Positions 54,143-64,000 of a stretch of 64,000 bases of DNA are shown here, piece after piece (the stretch's first letter is position 1; each line of letters opens with the position of its first letter). Origin of the DNA: Bdellovibrionales bacterium (GTDB taxonomy: Bacteria > Myxococcota > XYA12-FULL-58-9 > SYDY01); contig SYDY01000115.1 in NCBI GenBank assembly GCA_005801425.1, forward strand, positions 7,019 through 71,018. Direction: 5' to 3'. The position numbers were made by a program, and so were the translations under genes. The notes under the pieces are model-generated. The model was not told the DNA's origin, did not search any database, and saw only the letters and a list, made by a program, of their open reading frames with translations.

Positions 54143-55508
54143 GGCCTGTATTGAAAGTTTTTGCCATCGCAAAAGAAAAAGCAATCATGATCAGCGACAA
54201 GCGAATGCTATTATGCATTTGCGTTACAAAGCACCAGAAAAACAACGAAGAACGTATTGTAATCTCAAGCCACCCGACTGATTTTCGAAGACGTGTCCAT
54301 ACCGAAACAACCAACAATAAAAGAGCAAAAGCACCAAAAAGCCCATGCTCTGCCAACATACGGGTAACTTCCGTATGTGAAGTCATGTCTACGGTCATGA
54401 ACCAAGATCCACCCAATCCTGCTCCCGTTAGCCATGTGTTTTTTGCAATATGCAATTCTCGCTCAAAATTGTCGACACGCCCTGTTGTATTGGTGTTCGA
54501 CCAACGATCTTGAACACCAGATCCTCCCTGCAAAACCGAAATAGTCGCAACAAGAAGTCCTAAAACAATCCAGCCAGTCAACATTCTGCGATGCTGCTTC
54601 TTGCCTGAAAATACAACATAGAAAAATACGGGGATAAGTGCAGCAGCCACACTATAAAGACCACCACGCGACATAGTGAGCACAGTGCGCTCAAATAAAA
54701 ATCCTGCGGTAACAAACCACATCCAAATCTCAACCCTTGTGAGCTCAAGAATCAAAGGCACAAGAAGTGCACAAAACCCGCCAAAACCTAAAACAGCAGA
54801 AACCTGATTCGGTGCAGAAATCGAAAGAAAAGAAGACTTTGAAGATACCAGCTCATGGACACCAAAAAATCCAAAATTAGATGCAGCATAGGCACCAACA
54901 GTCAAAGCCCCTGCAGTGCACAGAACCAAGAATCGTGGCCAAAAATGGACACAAGGTTCCCAGCATGCCATCAAGCCCCAAGTCACCGCAAGCGTTAGAT
55001 ATGGCAGGAGATAAACACGGAGAAGTACGGGAGATATAATATCCACAAAAGAATGGGTGATATGCAATGAGCTTACCGTCAACAACAGTAGAACAATCCA
55101 CGGGATAATGGGAGAAGAAACAAAACGTCGCCTTCCCAAAAGGACCAATCCAAGTGCGATCGGAATATAATGGGCCTGTTTGTCTGAGAAATATGGCGCA
55201 TAGAGACGCCACAGCACCTCACAAACAGAAAAAGAGCTAAACACAAAAAGCAACCACAAGGCATGAGAACGTCTCAACACAATCTGCCGCAGACCAAACA
55301 AAGTAATCAAAGCATGATGCAAAAACAATATGGGTTTAAACTTGAATCCCAACACACCAATCATAAAATGTATGAGAAGAAAGCTTGCACGTCCTTTCGG
55401 TGTATCCAAAAACCATTCCAAAGACTGATCCCATTTGGATTGACTCGAAGCCATGGTCGAAGGGGAATGAGAAAGACCCCATGGTTCTCCCCATACCTGG
55501 CTGCTCAT
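54111..55508 (-). CDS. O-antigen ligase/Wzy-like polymerase family membrane protein
   Basis: Polytopic membrane protein with a Wzy_C-like loop. The start was chosen at MSSQVWGE to avoid overlap with the upstream export gene. Confidence 0.65.
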   Translation of the reverse strand: MSSQVWGEPWGLSHSPSTMASSQSKWDQSLEWFLDTPKGRASFLLIHFMIGVLGFKFKPILFLHHALITLFGLRQIVLRRSHALWLLFVFSSFSVCEVLWRLYAPYFSDKQAHYIPIALGLVLLGRRRFVSSPIIPWIVLLLLTVSSLHITHSFVDIISPVLLRVYLLPYLTLAVTWGLMACWEPCVHFWPRFLVLCTAGALTVGAYAASNFGFFGVHELVSSKSSFLSISAPNQVSAVLGFGGFCALLVPLILELTRVEIWMWFVTAGFLFERTVLTMSRGGLYSVAAALIPVFFYVVFSGKKQHRRMLTGWIVLGLLVATISVLQGGSGVQDRWSNTNTTGRVDNFERELHIAKNTWLTGAGLGGSWFMTVDMTSHTEVTRMLAEHGLFGAFALLLLVVSVWTRLRKSVGWLEITIRSSLFFWCFVTQMHNSIRLSLIMIAFSFAMAKTFNTGPMPGSKALGS

Positions 55509-55509
55509 A

Positions 55510-56136
55510 TCAAAACACTTCCTCAACAAAAACAATATCGCGTGGTTTTAAAGGATATGTCCCTATACGTGCATCTGCCATGCCTTCTATCTTGAGCAAA
55601 ATTGGCTTCTCAACACCCAGACGCCGAATAAAAATTGTTGATTCATTGGCCGTTTCAGCGAGAGAACCTGCACTTAAAATGGCATGCAACAATGTCATTC
55701 CGGGCGCATAGGCATACACTCCAGGGGATCTCACCGCTCCATGAACATAAACAGGGCCGGTCGAACCCTCGTCCACAAACAGAGAAACCAAAGGGTCACG
55801 AATGTATTGCTGCAGGTGTGTAGTAATATGCTTATTCGCATCATCCACACTCAATCCAGCAACCATGACTTGGCCCATTCTTGGAAAACTAATAGTTCCA
55901 TCTTCCGCAACACGATACATACCGCCTGGCAATGCCTCGCCATACACTTCCAGGCGCATCCGGTCGCCTACCTGAATCACCGTTAAATCCCGGCCCATTG
56001 CATTGGGTTCAACAGAAGCAGTCGACGACGATCTGCCCCTGCATGCATTGCCAAAGCATGTAAGACACAACATGCACACTATGCTTAAAAAACAGCGATC
56101 CCATATCCGATGCATGCAAATACCCTCTCCCAGCAA
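55510..56136 (-). CDS. Polysaccharide export protein (Wza/Poly_export plus SLBB, short form)
   Basis: 'VIQVGDRMRLEVYGE...YRVAEDGTISFPRMGQVMVAGLSVDDANKHI' matches the Poly_export N-domain, followed by an SLBB domain. Confidence 0.75.
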   Translation of the reverse strand: MLGEGICMHRIWDRCFLSIVCMLCLTCFGNACRGRSSSTASVEPNAMGRDLTVIQVGDRMRLEVYGEALPGGMYRVAEDGTISFPRMGQVMVAGLSVDDANKHITTHLQQYIRDPLVSLFVDEGSTGPVYVHGAVRSPGVYAYAPGMTLLHAILSAGSLAETANESTIFIRRLGVEKPILLKIEGMADARIGTYPLKPRDIVFVEEVF

Positions 56137-58374
56137 TCAAGCGACTTTGACCGACTTTTCCTTGTGGCGCTTGCCTTTTGAAGGATAGCCATAACCATAG
56201 CGTGAGTAATAATAGTAACCACCCCCCTCATCGCCATTGTCGATAATTCCAACACACCGCACATTCGCTCTGCGCAATAGCTCACGAGACTCCAGAACCT
56301 CCGACAATCGTGAGACTGCACGGCGTACAACGAGCAATGTCGCATCACAACTTGTTGCCACCAACATGCCATCAGCGACAGGTAAAATAGGTGCCCCATC
56401 GATAATAATCACATCATAGATACGCCTGGCCACGCCAATCATGCTTTCAAAGCCATCACGCAAAAGGTCTGTTGGGTTGCCCACGCTCCGCCCAGAAAGT
56501 AAGATATCAAAAGTTTCGATTTGTGTTTTCTCTACGGCCTCTGCCAGTGATTTTTTGCCCTGCAATACCGAACTCAAACCAAAGTCGGAACTTTCCGATG
56601 ACGATGCACGCCGAAGATCGGCATCAACAAGAAGGACCCGGCGTCCAGAAGTTGCCATAATTTGTGCCAAAAATGAAGCGATGGTGGTTTTACCTTCTCC
56701 CGATACCGCACTCGCGATTGCCCATACGGAAGTATTTTCTGCATCACCAATCAGCTCAAGCTGAGTGCTTAGCGACCGCATACTTTCTGTAATAGCGTGA
56801 TCTGGAATTGCAAAACCCAATTTTTTGTTAATAACCTGCAATGTATGGGTAATTGCCCTAACTTGCGGCAACTGCCCCAGGATAGGCATTTGGGCATCAC
56901 GTGCAAAAGACCGAACATCAAAAATACGACCACTCAATGCATCAATCATGACTGCTACAATAGCGCCTAATACTAGTCCTAAAACACAACCCATGCCTAA
57001 GTCAGCCACAAAATTATCAGCAAGTTGGGACACAGATGCCAACGTAGGTGCCTGAAGAGTGGTCATATTCACAGACTGCGTATCACTCGTTGATACTTTT
57101 TGCCGCGATGTATCCGTCAGTGCATCGTAAAATTTTCTCTCATCTTCAACCAAGCGCACCAAAGGGCGATATGTCTGTTCTAGCTCCGCCAGAGCACGTC
57201 CCCTGGCGGTGGCTTCAACAATTTCTACTTCAAGTTTCTCTAAGGCCTCACGCAGCTCTTGATTTTTTCGTTCCTTGCGATCAGACAAAGATTTTTCCGT
57301 ACGCGAAAACTCATTGGTAAGTACTTCAAGATGCTTTGCGATAGCCCTCAGCTCTGGATGTTCAGGCGTATAACGCTCCAGAAGTTTCAAACGACTGAGC
57401 GTCAATGCATTGAGTTCCGCCTGTAAGGAACCCAAATAGAGTATTTCTGGATCTTGCAAAACTGTTGCTTCACTTTGTTCCTCCCCTGCACGCAATCCTA
57501 TATCACCAAAAATCTGATTAAGCCGTATTTGGGACCGGCGATCTAAAAGGGTGCTGAGGTATGCTACGATCTCGGCCCGCTGTTGCAACAATGGACGCGA
57601 CAGCAATCCATGTTCAACCTCAAAATCCATGACGTTTTTTTCAGCGATTTCTATGCGATGCTTAATTTCAGATGATCGCTGTCTTAGCCAATCGACATCA
57701 CGCTCAAGACGTTTTGAGCGAATATCTTGGTTTAATAATGCATAAGCCTCGACATATGCCGCTGCCAACTTGACCGCCAATGTTGATGAAGCAGCACGTG
57801 CTTCCAGCATAACAACCGAGCCCTGAGCATTTTTTCCGCCTTGCCTGGTTAAACGCATATGACTCCGAAAAAGGCCCACCCAATTCACGTTTTTTAGCAC
57901 GCCAATGGCTTCTTCAGGTGTGCTTTTATCCGTAATTGACGCCAAACGAAGAAAATCCGCGTCGGCTTCATCAAGTCGAGCAAACCAGTTTGCTTCGCCC
58001 TTTGGTGCGTCCTGTTTTGCTTTTTCTACGGCTGCGATCAGGCTTTCTTTTTTGACACCGAGGACTTCTTCTACCTTCTGATATAACTGCTCCGACTCCA
58101 GAAGCGCCAATTCTGTTGTCATGTAATCAGATCCGGCTCCAGCCGTCCCTTGCGCATCAAGAACTGCGCGATCAGTCGTGGCTGCAGCATATGTTTTTTG
58201 AATAATAATGGTCGCCGTAGAAACAAACGAGGTGGGTGATGTCATATATCGAGTGAATCCTAAACCCAATCCCAGCAACGCGCCTGCAACGACGACAATC
58301 CAACGACGACGTATGGCCGAAATCAAATCGGACATACTCATGGTACTCAACGACAATTCGTCGGCCAACGACAT
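56137..58374 (-). CDS. Polysaccharide co-polymerase/tyrosine autokinase (Wzc/BY-kinase family)
   Basis: Wzz-like N-terminal TM plus coiled-coil periplasmic domain, and a C-terminal P-loop kinase with Walker A 'SAVSGEGKTT' and a Tyr-rich tail 'YYYYSRYGYGY'. Confidence 0.9.
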   Translation of the reverse strand: MSLADELSLSTMSMSDLISAIRRRWIVVVAGALLGLGLGFTRYMTSPTSFVSTATIIIQKTYAAATTDRAVLDAQGTAGAGSDYMTTELALLESEQLYQKVEEVLGVKKESLIAAVEKAKQDAPKGEANWFARLDEADADFLRLASITDKSTPEEAIGVLKNVNWVGLFRSHMRLTRQGGKNAQGSVVMLEARAASSTLAVKLAAAYVEAYALLNQDIRSKRLERDVDWLRQRSSEIKHRIEIAEKNVMDFEVEHGLLSRPLLQQRAEIVAYLSTLLDRRSQIRLNQIFGDIGLRAGEEQSEATVLQDPEILYLGSLQAELNALTLSRLKLLERYTPEHPELRAIAKHLEVLTNEFSRTEKSLSDRKERKNQELREALEKLEVEIVEATARGRALAELEQTYRPLVRLVEDERKFYDALTDTSRQKVSTSDTQSVNMTTLQAPTLASVSQLADNFVADLGMGCVLGLVLGAIVAVMIDALSGRIFDVRSFARDAQMPILGQLPQVRAITHTLQVINKKLGFAIPDHAITESMRSLSTQLELIGDAENTSVWAIASAVSGEGKTTIASFLAQIMATSGRRVLLVDADLRRASSSESSDFGLSSVLQGKKSLAEAVEKTQIETFDILLSGRSVGNPTDLLRDGFESMIGVARRIYDVIIIDGAPILPVADGMLVATSCDATLLVVRRAVSRLSEVLESRELLRRANVRCVGIIDNGDEGGGYYYYSRYGYGYPSKGKRHKEKSVKVA

Positions 58375-58432
58375 GGAGATCCCCCGCGATGTGGAGCATA
58401 CCGGGTCGCAGCAGAGAACTCAAAGTTTGGTG

Positions 58433-59542
58433 CTAACGACCATGTCCCAGAAAATCTTGGATCGATCGATAAATGGCATCTTTGTGCGGGATCTCAGAGG
58501 TTAACACTTTATCGTTCCCAACAAAGGCTTCTTTAAGATCTTTGATAAATTGCCCTGAACCGTAAGGACTCTCCACTTGTCCGTAGCAAAACATATTGCA
58601 CACAGGCAGCAGACGTTCGTTCATAATTTCCAAACAAAGGCGTGTATCATCGGCCGACCAATTATCACCGTCTGAAAAATGAAATGGATAAATGTTATAA
58701 TCAGACGCTGGATACTCCGCATCGATAACATCAGCGCAAAGTCGATACGCGCTGGATATCATGGTGCCGCCCGATTCTCGGGTATGAAAAAATGTTTCAC
58801 GATCGACCTCTTTGGCCATCGCATCGTGAATAATATAACGTGTTTCAAGTCCTTTATATTGCTTCTGCAACCACGTATCGATCCAAAATGACTCAATACG
58901 AACAATTTCTTTTTGTTCGTCGCCCATACTTCCAGAAACATCCATCATATACAGGATCACTGCATTGGTTTCAGGCTCCGAACGTACTTTCCAACTCCGA
59001 TATCGTCTGTCTTCCCGCGTAGGGACAATAACGGGATTGTCTGCCAAATATTCGCCCGTGCTCACCTGACGTTGCAATGCGCGTTTATACGTACGTTTTA
59101 AATGCCGAAGAGACTCGGGACCTGAACTATGTACCCCCGTATAACGTGCACGCGGCGAAGTGACACGTTCACTGCCTTTGGGCTCAATGTTAGGAAGCTC
59201 AAGCACTTCTCCCAGCATATCGGCCAATTCATCAAAGCTTACATCAACCTCAATGCCGTGTTGACCTTCATGCTGTCCCACACCTTGCCCCGTGGAGGGT
59301 TGCACACTACCGTCCGCGAGCGTATCGCCATCGCCGCCTTCGCCTTGTCCAACCCCACCTGTCGACCGATGATCAAACTGAAAATGCGGCAATTCGATAT
59401 GGGGTACTGGAATAGAAACAGTCTCTTTTCCTTGACGTCCAATCAATTCACCCTTGGAGATATACTTCTTGAGATTCTCTTTGATCCGACCACGCACAAT
59501 TTTTCGAAAACGTGCATGATCTGCATTGATCTTGAGTCCCAT
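58433..59542 (-). CDS. yeaH: YeaH/YhbH family protein (DUF444, vWA-like)
   Basis: '[21 protein letters not shown]', 'MMDVSGSM' and '[28 protein letters not shown]' match the DUF444 conserved blocks. Confidence 0.8.
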   Translation of the reverse strand: MGLKINADHARFRKIVRGRIKENLKKYISKGELIGRQGKETVSIPVPHIELPHFQFDHRSTGGVGQGEGGDGDTLADGSVQPSTGQGVGQHEGQHGIEVDVSFDELADMLGEVLELPNIEPKGSERVTSPRARYTGVHSSGPESLRHLKRTYKRALQRQVSTGEYLADNPVIVPTREDRRYRSWKVRSEPETNAVILYMMDVSGSMGDEQKEIVRIESFWIDTWLQKQYKGLETRYIIHDAMAKEVDRETFFHTRESGGTMISSAYRLCADVIDAEYPASDYNIYPFHFSDGDNWSADDTRLCLEIMNERLLPVCNMFCYGQVESPYGSGQFIKDLKEAFVGNDKVLTSEIPHKDAIYRSIQDFLGHGR

Positions 59543-59557
59543 AGATTCTCCGATCGC

Positions 59558-59926
59558 TTAATGTTCTCCGCTTTCAATGACAGGTAACGGAGGCAAATCA
59601 TAAGATTGCGCCAATAAATCAAGCGCCTGATGTGTTTCATGCAATGCTTGAGAAGATGCGATCTTGGCTTTGACTTTATCGCCAAAACGACGCCAAACAA
59701 TGATACAAGAACGTGCCAATTCAAGTTCGGGTGAAACAAGGTCCTCCAAAAGCCCCACAAGCTTTTCAGAAGCGCATTGCCAATCATAGACACCTGTTGC
59801 CACCAAGCGGCTCTCCCGTGCAAAGCTTGCAATAATTATTTCAGAGAGCGAACGTTTTTTATTAAAGACAACATGTCCAGCGTGAACACAGCTCATAAAC
59901 CCCTCCAAGCCCCAACACGCCAGCAC
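59558..59926 (-). CDS. Hypothetical protein inserted between prkA and yeaH
   Basis: 122-aa ORF tightly packed between the two genes (gaps of 5 and 15 nt). It has no recognizable motif. Confidence 0.4.
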   Translation of the reverse strand: MLACWGLEGFMSCVHAGHVVFNKKRSLSEIIIASFARESRLVATGVYDWQCASEKLVGLLEDLVSPELELARSCIIVWRRFGDKVKAKIASSQALHETHQALDLLAQSYDLPPLPVIESGEH

Positions 59927-59931
59927 ACGTT

Positions 59932-61974
59932 CTAACTTTCTTTGGCATCACCTCGCGCAAATATAGAAGCCACAAAATTTAAAACGTCCGTGGCAGAAAT
60001 CTCGTCGTAACCATAATTGCGGATCATGCGCTGCTTTACAATATCGATCTTCTCCTGGGTTTCACGGTCGACAACATTAGAAACCAATGTGGTAAGTTTG
60101 ATAGAGTCTTTTTGATCTTCAAAGAGCTTAAGTTCCAAAGCGCGATGGAGCCGCTCATTCGTTCTAAAATCAAATTTTTTCCCTTCAACAGCCAAGGCGC
60201 CAATGTAATTCATGATCTCGCGACGGAAATCTTCTTTGCGGCTATCAGGGATCTCAATGCGCTCTTCAATGGAACGCATCAAACGCTCATCTGGCTCTTC
60301 AAACTGCCCCGTATACTTGTTCTTTAGCTTTTCTTTTTGCGTATACGCTTTAACGTGATCAATATAATTGGCACACAGCTTCGAAAGCGCTTCTTCATCG
60401 GCACTGATAGCCCGTTGCACTTCACTTTTCACGATATCTTCGTATTCTTGCTTCACAACGCTTATCAGTTCTCGATAACGTTTGCGATCTTCATCTTTCG
60501 TGATGAGTGAATGCCCTTTTAATCCACTCTCAAGCTCATTGAGCACCAGAAATGGATTGATAGACCCTTCGGATTTATCAGAAACCAAAGCATTTGAAAT
60601 TTTATCTTGAATATAACGTGGGCTGATCCCATCCATACCTTCGCGTGCAGCTTCCTTGCGGAGCTCCTTCACGCTCTCTTCTGTGAAACCTGGAAGCATC
60701 CGACCGTTATACAGCTTTAATTTTTGAATAATTTGTAGATTTGCTTTTTTGGGCTCCTCAAGGCGCGTTGCTACCGCCCACATGGCCGCCATTTCAAGCG
60801 TATGGGGTGCAATATGCCGACCTTTGATCTTCTCTTTATTGAAATCTTTTTCGTAAATTTTAATTTCCGATGACAGACGCGTGATATACGGGATATCGAT
60901 TTTTACGGTACGGTCACGTAGAGCTTCCATAAATTCATTGTTGAGAAGCTTTTTGTATTCCGCTTCATTCGTATGTCCCAAAATCACTTCATCGATATCT
61001 GTCTGTGCAAATTTTTTGGGCTTTATTTTGTGTTCTTGTGAGGCACCCAAGAGATCATACAAAAATGCAACATCGAGTTTAAGTACCTCAATGAATTCGA
61101 TAATGCCCCGATTCGCAACATGAAATTCACCATCGAAGTTAAACGCACGGGGATCAGAATCAGATCCGTACACAGCAATTTTTCGATAGTTGATATCTCC
61201 CGTAAGTTCCGTTGAGTCCTGATTTTTCTCATCTTTGGGCTGGAAGGTACCAATACCAATACGATCTTTTTCACTCAGGGTTAACCGGCGCACACGAATA
61301 TGCCCCATCACTTTATCAAACTTGCCCTCGTATCGCTCCATAAGTGCGCGATACAGAAAGCGGCAATGAGGGCAAAGCTCTCCTGATACACGACCCGTCC
61401 CAATATCGATGCCAAGCTCAAGCAAAGATTTATGGCGATAATTTTTTGGAATCAAATTGAGCGGCTCTTCATTCATTGGGCAACGTGCTGTACGTGCACC
61501 GCCCAACAATTCATCTTCCTTCTCAAATTCCCACGCAAAGGTATAAAGAGCACCTTCAGGCTTGCGCGAATAGGACTCAACACCTTTTTTCAAGAGGCGG
61601 GCAATGGTCGATTTTGCACTCCCCACAGGCCCATGAAGCAAGATCACACGTCGTTCCGTACCATAGCCAGATGCTGCGCTCTCCAACACATTAACCAACC
61701 GCATCAGCGGAATATCCAAACCATAAATGGCATCTTTGCCATCATGCGTTGGATCATCAAAGAACGGATAGTGGATCAGACGTTTTTTCGAATCCGTGTA
61801 TTCTTCGCGACCGTACGATAAAATCATATCGTGTACGCGTTGATACGCTGTTCGTGTCACTTCGGGACTTGCTTTCACAAGTGCCAGATAATCTTCGAGT
61901 GTACCGTGCCAGTTCTCTGCACGATATGCTTCCAAATCCTCGTGCCGAGCGATCTGCTTCACAAAATCGAACAT
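59932..61974 (-). CDS. prkA: PrkA family serine protein kinase (AAA+ plus kinase-like domain)
   Basis: 680 aa with a P-loop '[12 protein letters not shown]' and extended similarity to E. coli YeaG/B. subtilis PrkA ('[30 protein letters not shown]'). Confidence 0.9.
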   Translation of the reverse strand: MFDFVKQIARHEDLEAYRAENWHGTLEDYLALVKASPEVTRTAYQRVHDMILSYGREEYTDSKKRLIHYPFFDDPTHDGKDAIYGLDIPLMRLVNVLESAASGYGTERRVILLHGPVGSAKSTIARLLKKGVESYSRKPEGALYTFAWEFEKEDELLGGARTARCPMNEEPLNLIPKNYRHKSLLELGIDIGTGRVSGELCPHCRFLYRALMERYEGKFDKVMGHIRVRRLTLSEKDRIGIGTFQPKDEKNQDSTELTGDINYRKIAVYGSDSDPRAFNFDGEFHVANRGIIEFIEVLKLDVAFLYDLLGASQEHKIKPKKFAQTDIDEVILGHTNEAEYKKLLNNEFMEALRDRTVKIDIPYITRLSSEIKIYEKDFNKEKIKGRHIAPHTLEMAAMWAVATRLEEPKKANLQIIQKLKLYNGRMLPGFTEESVKELRKEAAREGMDGISPRYIQDKISNALVSDKSEGSINPFLVLNELESGLKGHSLITKDEDRKRYRELISVVKQEYEDIVKSEVQRAISADEEALSKLCANYIDHVKAYTQKEKLKNKYTGQFEEPDERLMRSIEERIEIPDSRKEDFRREIMNYIGALAVEGKKFDFRTNERLHRALELKLFEDQKDSIKLTTLVSNVVDRETQEKIDIVKQRMIRNYGYDEISATDVLNFVASIFARGDAKES

Positions 61975-62046
61975 GCCTCACGATAACACTGCAATGCAGA
62001 GGGAACAAACTCTGGGATTTTTCTTTTAAAAAAAAATACAGCCCGG

Positions 62047-62871
62047 TCAGGCAGAACGAAATTCGGCAACCCAAGAATTTTGACAGTGGGGGCACGTTTC
62101 TTCAGCACGACGGCGCTGACCAAAATCTTCAAATGAGAGGCCACCACGCTCAAACAGGCAGTCCGAACAAATTTTCCATTCCAATGATGCCGAAAACACA
62201 CGTCTGCACTGATAAACTTGACACTTACGCAAATCCACCACTGCACCGCATGATGCACAAGGGCACGATGAAGATGATGCTGGCATCTCAGGTGCAGGCC
62301 TATCAACATAGGCTGGACGAGCGGCCGTATCTGTTTCAGCAGCCGTTGTAGGTCGTGACTTTTTTATCACCGTAGGCGTAACAGCCTCGTCGCTTTTTTT
62401 GTCGCGGGCTGCTTCGATCTGCACCACCTTTTTTATGATAACAGCCACAGGAGATACTGCGTCTTTAACAACAGGGCTCCCAACATTCGCTGAGGGCTTC
62501 TCTTCTTTTTTGATACGCTTTGCTTTTTTCTCAACAACTTCTTTCGGAACCTCAATACGCGAGATCTGTTTTCCTTCATCAGGCAAAGCTTTTTTAGAGA
62601 CCACACGGGGTTTTGTGGCCATCAATGCTTCAATAGAAGCTGCCTTGGTCCGACCCGTGGGGGTCAACATAAATTCCTCGCAAAGCGCACGCAACCGCGT
62701 CACCGCAAGCTGGCCAAGCATATCGGCAATGCCGACACTTCGACTTCCAGCAAGCGCTTCAACCAATTGGCTTTTGCTGCGACGATCTTCTACATTGAGA
62801 TTAAAATGTGTGGCCAACGCCTGCATTTCTACACGTGTAAGCACATCAACGATCGCTCGTTTACTCGGCAT
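62047..62871 (-). CDS. Hypothetical protein with N-terminal Rho-N/SAP-like helices, Lys-rich linker and C-terminal double zinc ribbon
   Basis: C-terminal 'CPCASCG...CQVYQCRR...CSDC...CPHCQ' gives four Cys pairs. The middle is basic and low-complexity. Confidence 0.45.
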   Translation of the reverse strand: MPSKRAIVDVLTRVEMQALATHFNLNVEDRRSKSQLVEALAGSRSVGIADMLGQLAVTRLRALCEEFMLTPTGRTKAASIEALMATKPRVVSKKALPDEGKQISRIEVPKEVVEKKAKRIKKEEKPSANVGSPVVKDAVSPVAVIIKKVVQIEAARDKKSDEAVTPTVIKKSRPTTAAETDTAARPAYVDRPAPEMPASSSSCPCASCGAVVDLRKCQVYQCRRVFSASLEWKICSDCLFERGGLSFEDFGQRRRAEETCPHCQNSWVAEFRSA

Positions 62872-63068
62872 TCCGACTCCTTACGCACCAGGAATGGACT
62901 TTAGAATTTGCACCCAAAAGGTTGTAAAGGCTGGGCATCCTACACGCCCTCATGTTTTTGGGTATCCCAGCGTCAGTTGTGACCTTTTACCTACCGAAAC
63001 CATTAAGCCTGAGCAAGGGAAAACCACTTTCACGAGCGGAGAGGTACAATTGTAAGTAGAATATAAGT

Positions 63069-63836
63069 GTGGACATATCATCTATTGGCAGTCCGGGTGT
63101 TTTAGGGGGTATGGTTTTTGGGCTTCTTTTGGGCTGTGCGAGCCCAGAGGTGGTTTATAGCAGCAGGGGGGCGATGGCGTCGTCCCGGGTTACTGCAATC
63201 CCGCCAGCCGCTGAGACCAAAGCGCCTGTCCCTAATACCGCAGGGGAGATCTTAGAGCGTGCTTTTTCCCACTTTCACTTTGGAGAACACCGGACCGCGA
63301 TTGATCTTTTCACTGCCGCAGTCGCGACGGGACATCTCAACGATTCAGGACGCGTCTTAGCATACTGGCACATCTTCATGGCTGAACGCGCTCTTGGCAA
63401 TGCCAACGCAAGCACAGAAGCTGCTGCAGCATTTATAAGCGTCGCCCAAGATATTCTGAGCCCCTATCTTCAAAATGATCAACTGGTGCTTGATGCCGGT
63501 AGTTTTGCATCCCGTTTTGATCTTCCTGGACGACTCACACGCGCACGCGCCACCGTGGCAGCAGCATGGTCCGAACGCAGTGGTACATTTGGAAAATCTC
63601 TGGAACACCCCGTTCCCATCAATAACCCCAGTGAAATCACCTATTTTCTCGAAATGGTGGGTGCCTGCGCCGAGGCATCGGATCGCGTGGTGGTCGAAAT
63701 TGACCACCCAAAACGGATGGACAAAAAAATTCGTCATCAGCATGAAACCCCCGTTCAGCATCTGAACGTTTCATGCCGTGCCGGTAGCGGTGATTACTTT
63801 TTTGACCTTGGCCCCGTGGCTGCCGCTACGCCTTAA
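63069..63836 (+). CDS. Hypothetical lipoprotein
   Basis: Signal with lipobox 'LLLGCASPE'; the rest is Ala-rich and helical. Confidence 0.5.
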   Translation: MDISSIGSPGVLGGMVFGLLLGCASPEVVYSSRGAMASSRVTAIPPAAETKAPVPNTAGEILERAFSHFHFGEHRTAIDLFTAAVATGHLNDSGRVLAYWHIFMAERALGNANASTEAAAAFISVAQDILSPYLQNDQLVLDAGSFASRFDLPGRLTRARATVAAAWSERSGTFGKSLEHPVPINNPSEITYFLEMVGACAEASDRVVVEIDHPKRMDKKIRHQHETPVQHLNVSCRAGSGDYFFDLGPVAAATP

Positions 63837-63837
63837 T

Positions 63838-64000
63838 TTAGTAGTTGCGCGCAAACAAAACACGTTGTGCAGAGGGACGCCCCGTTACCATGCACATACC
63901 CGGATCATCGGCAGCATTGAGCGGAATACAGCGGATAGTCGCTTGTGTTTCTTCTTTCACTTTGGCTTCCGTTTCAGCACTGCCATCCCAGTGGGCATAG
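63838..64000 (-). CDS. proS: Prolyl-tRNA synthetase, C-terminal fragment (gene continues beyond window end)
   Basis: The minus-strand translation ends '...[51 protein letters not shown]'. This is the typical ProRS C-terminal Zn-binding tail ending in ...FARxY. Confidence 0.7.
   Translation of the reverse strand, partial: YAHWDGSAETEAKVKEETQATIRCIPLNAADDPGMCMVTGRPSAQRVLFARNY

Noticed and set aside
58433-61974. Expected SpoVR gene completing a PrkA/YeaH/SpoVR trio
   Set aside because: No SpoVR-like ORF (about 450-500 aa) is present in the window. The 122-aa inserted ORF is far too small. SpoVR may be elsewhere or absent, so I make no call.

Overview
Mostly minus-strand-coded chromosomal window from a deltaproteobacterium-like organism, about 50% GC with a lower-GC polysaccharide locus. 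The gene content hints at a predatory Bdellovibrio-like or myxobacterial lineage, but I cannot confirm this without a search. The hints are an ACIII-caa3 respiratory cluster, MopE-type Cys-rich motifs, a GltJ/AgmX-like protein, a nucleoside-scavenging cluster and a PrkA/YeaH pair. Contents in order: (1) 231-13295, a complete alternative complex III operon (actA, actB, actC, fused actDE, actF) followed by a Sco1 copper chaperone and a caa3-type cytochrome c oxidase operon (subunits II-I-III-IV plus an extra subunit-III-like gene). (2) clpB with a sigma32-like promoter, a PIN+PhoH ATPase and tRNA-Ala(GGC). (3) An MBOAT plus DltD-like acyltransferase pair, then a sigma54 activator divergent from an operon of two lipoproteins. 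One is a 1287-aa protein with about 13 tandem 46-aa six-Cys repeats plus MopE-like metal-binding motifs. (4) Glyoxylate shunt genes aceA and aceB. (5) A nucleoside salvage cluster (deoA, NupC-family transporter with an unusual N-terminal extension, PNP, cdd). (6) A nadC-birA operon extended by a secreted protein, a Zn-ribbon/GYF/TonB-C (GltJ/AgmX-like) protein and an acidic protein. (7) rpsO-pnp, rsmB, mltD-like transglycosylase and a Cys-rich lipoprotein. (8) A low-GC Wzy-dependent polysaccharide locus (two GT4, one GT2, two Wzy-like, Wza-like, Wzc-like) directly downstream of a prkA-ORF-yeaH triad. (9) Hypothetical proteins and the 3' end of proS. I found no CRISPR array, integrase or transposase. 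The most unusual region is the sigma54-linked Cys-rich repeat lipoprotein operon; the GltJ-like operon extension and the PrkA/YeaH-EPS linkage are also worth a look.
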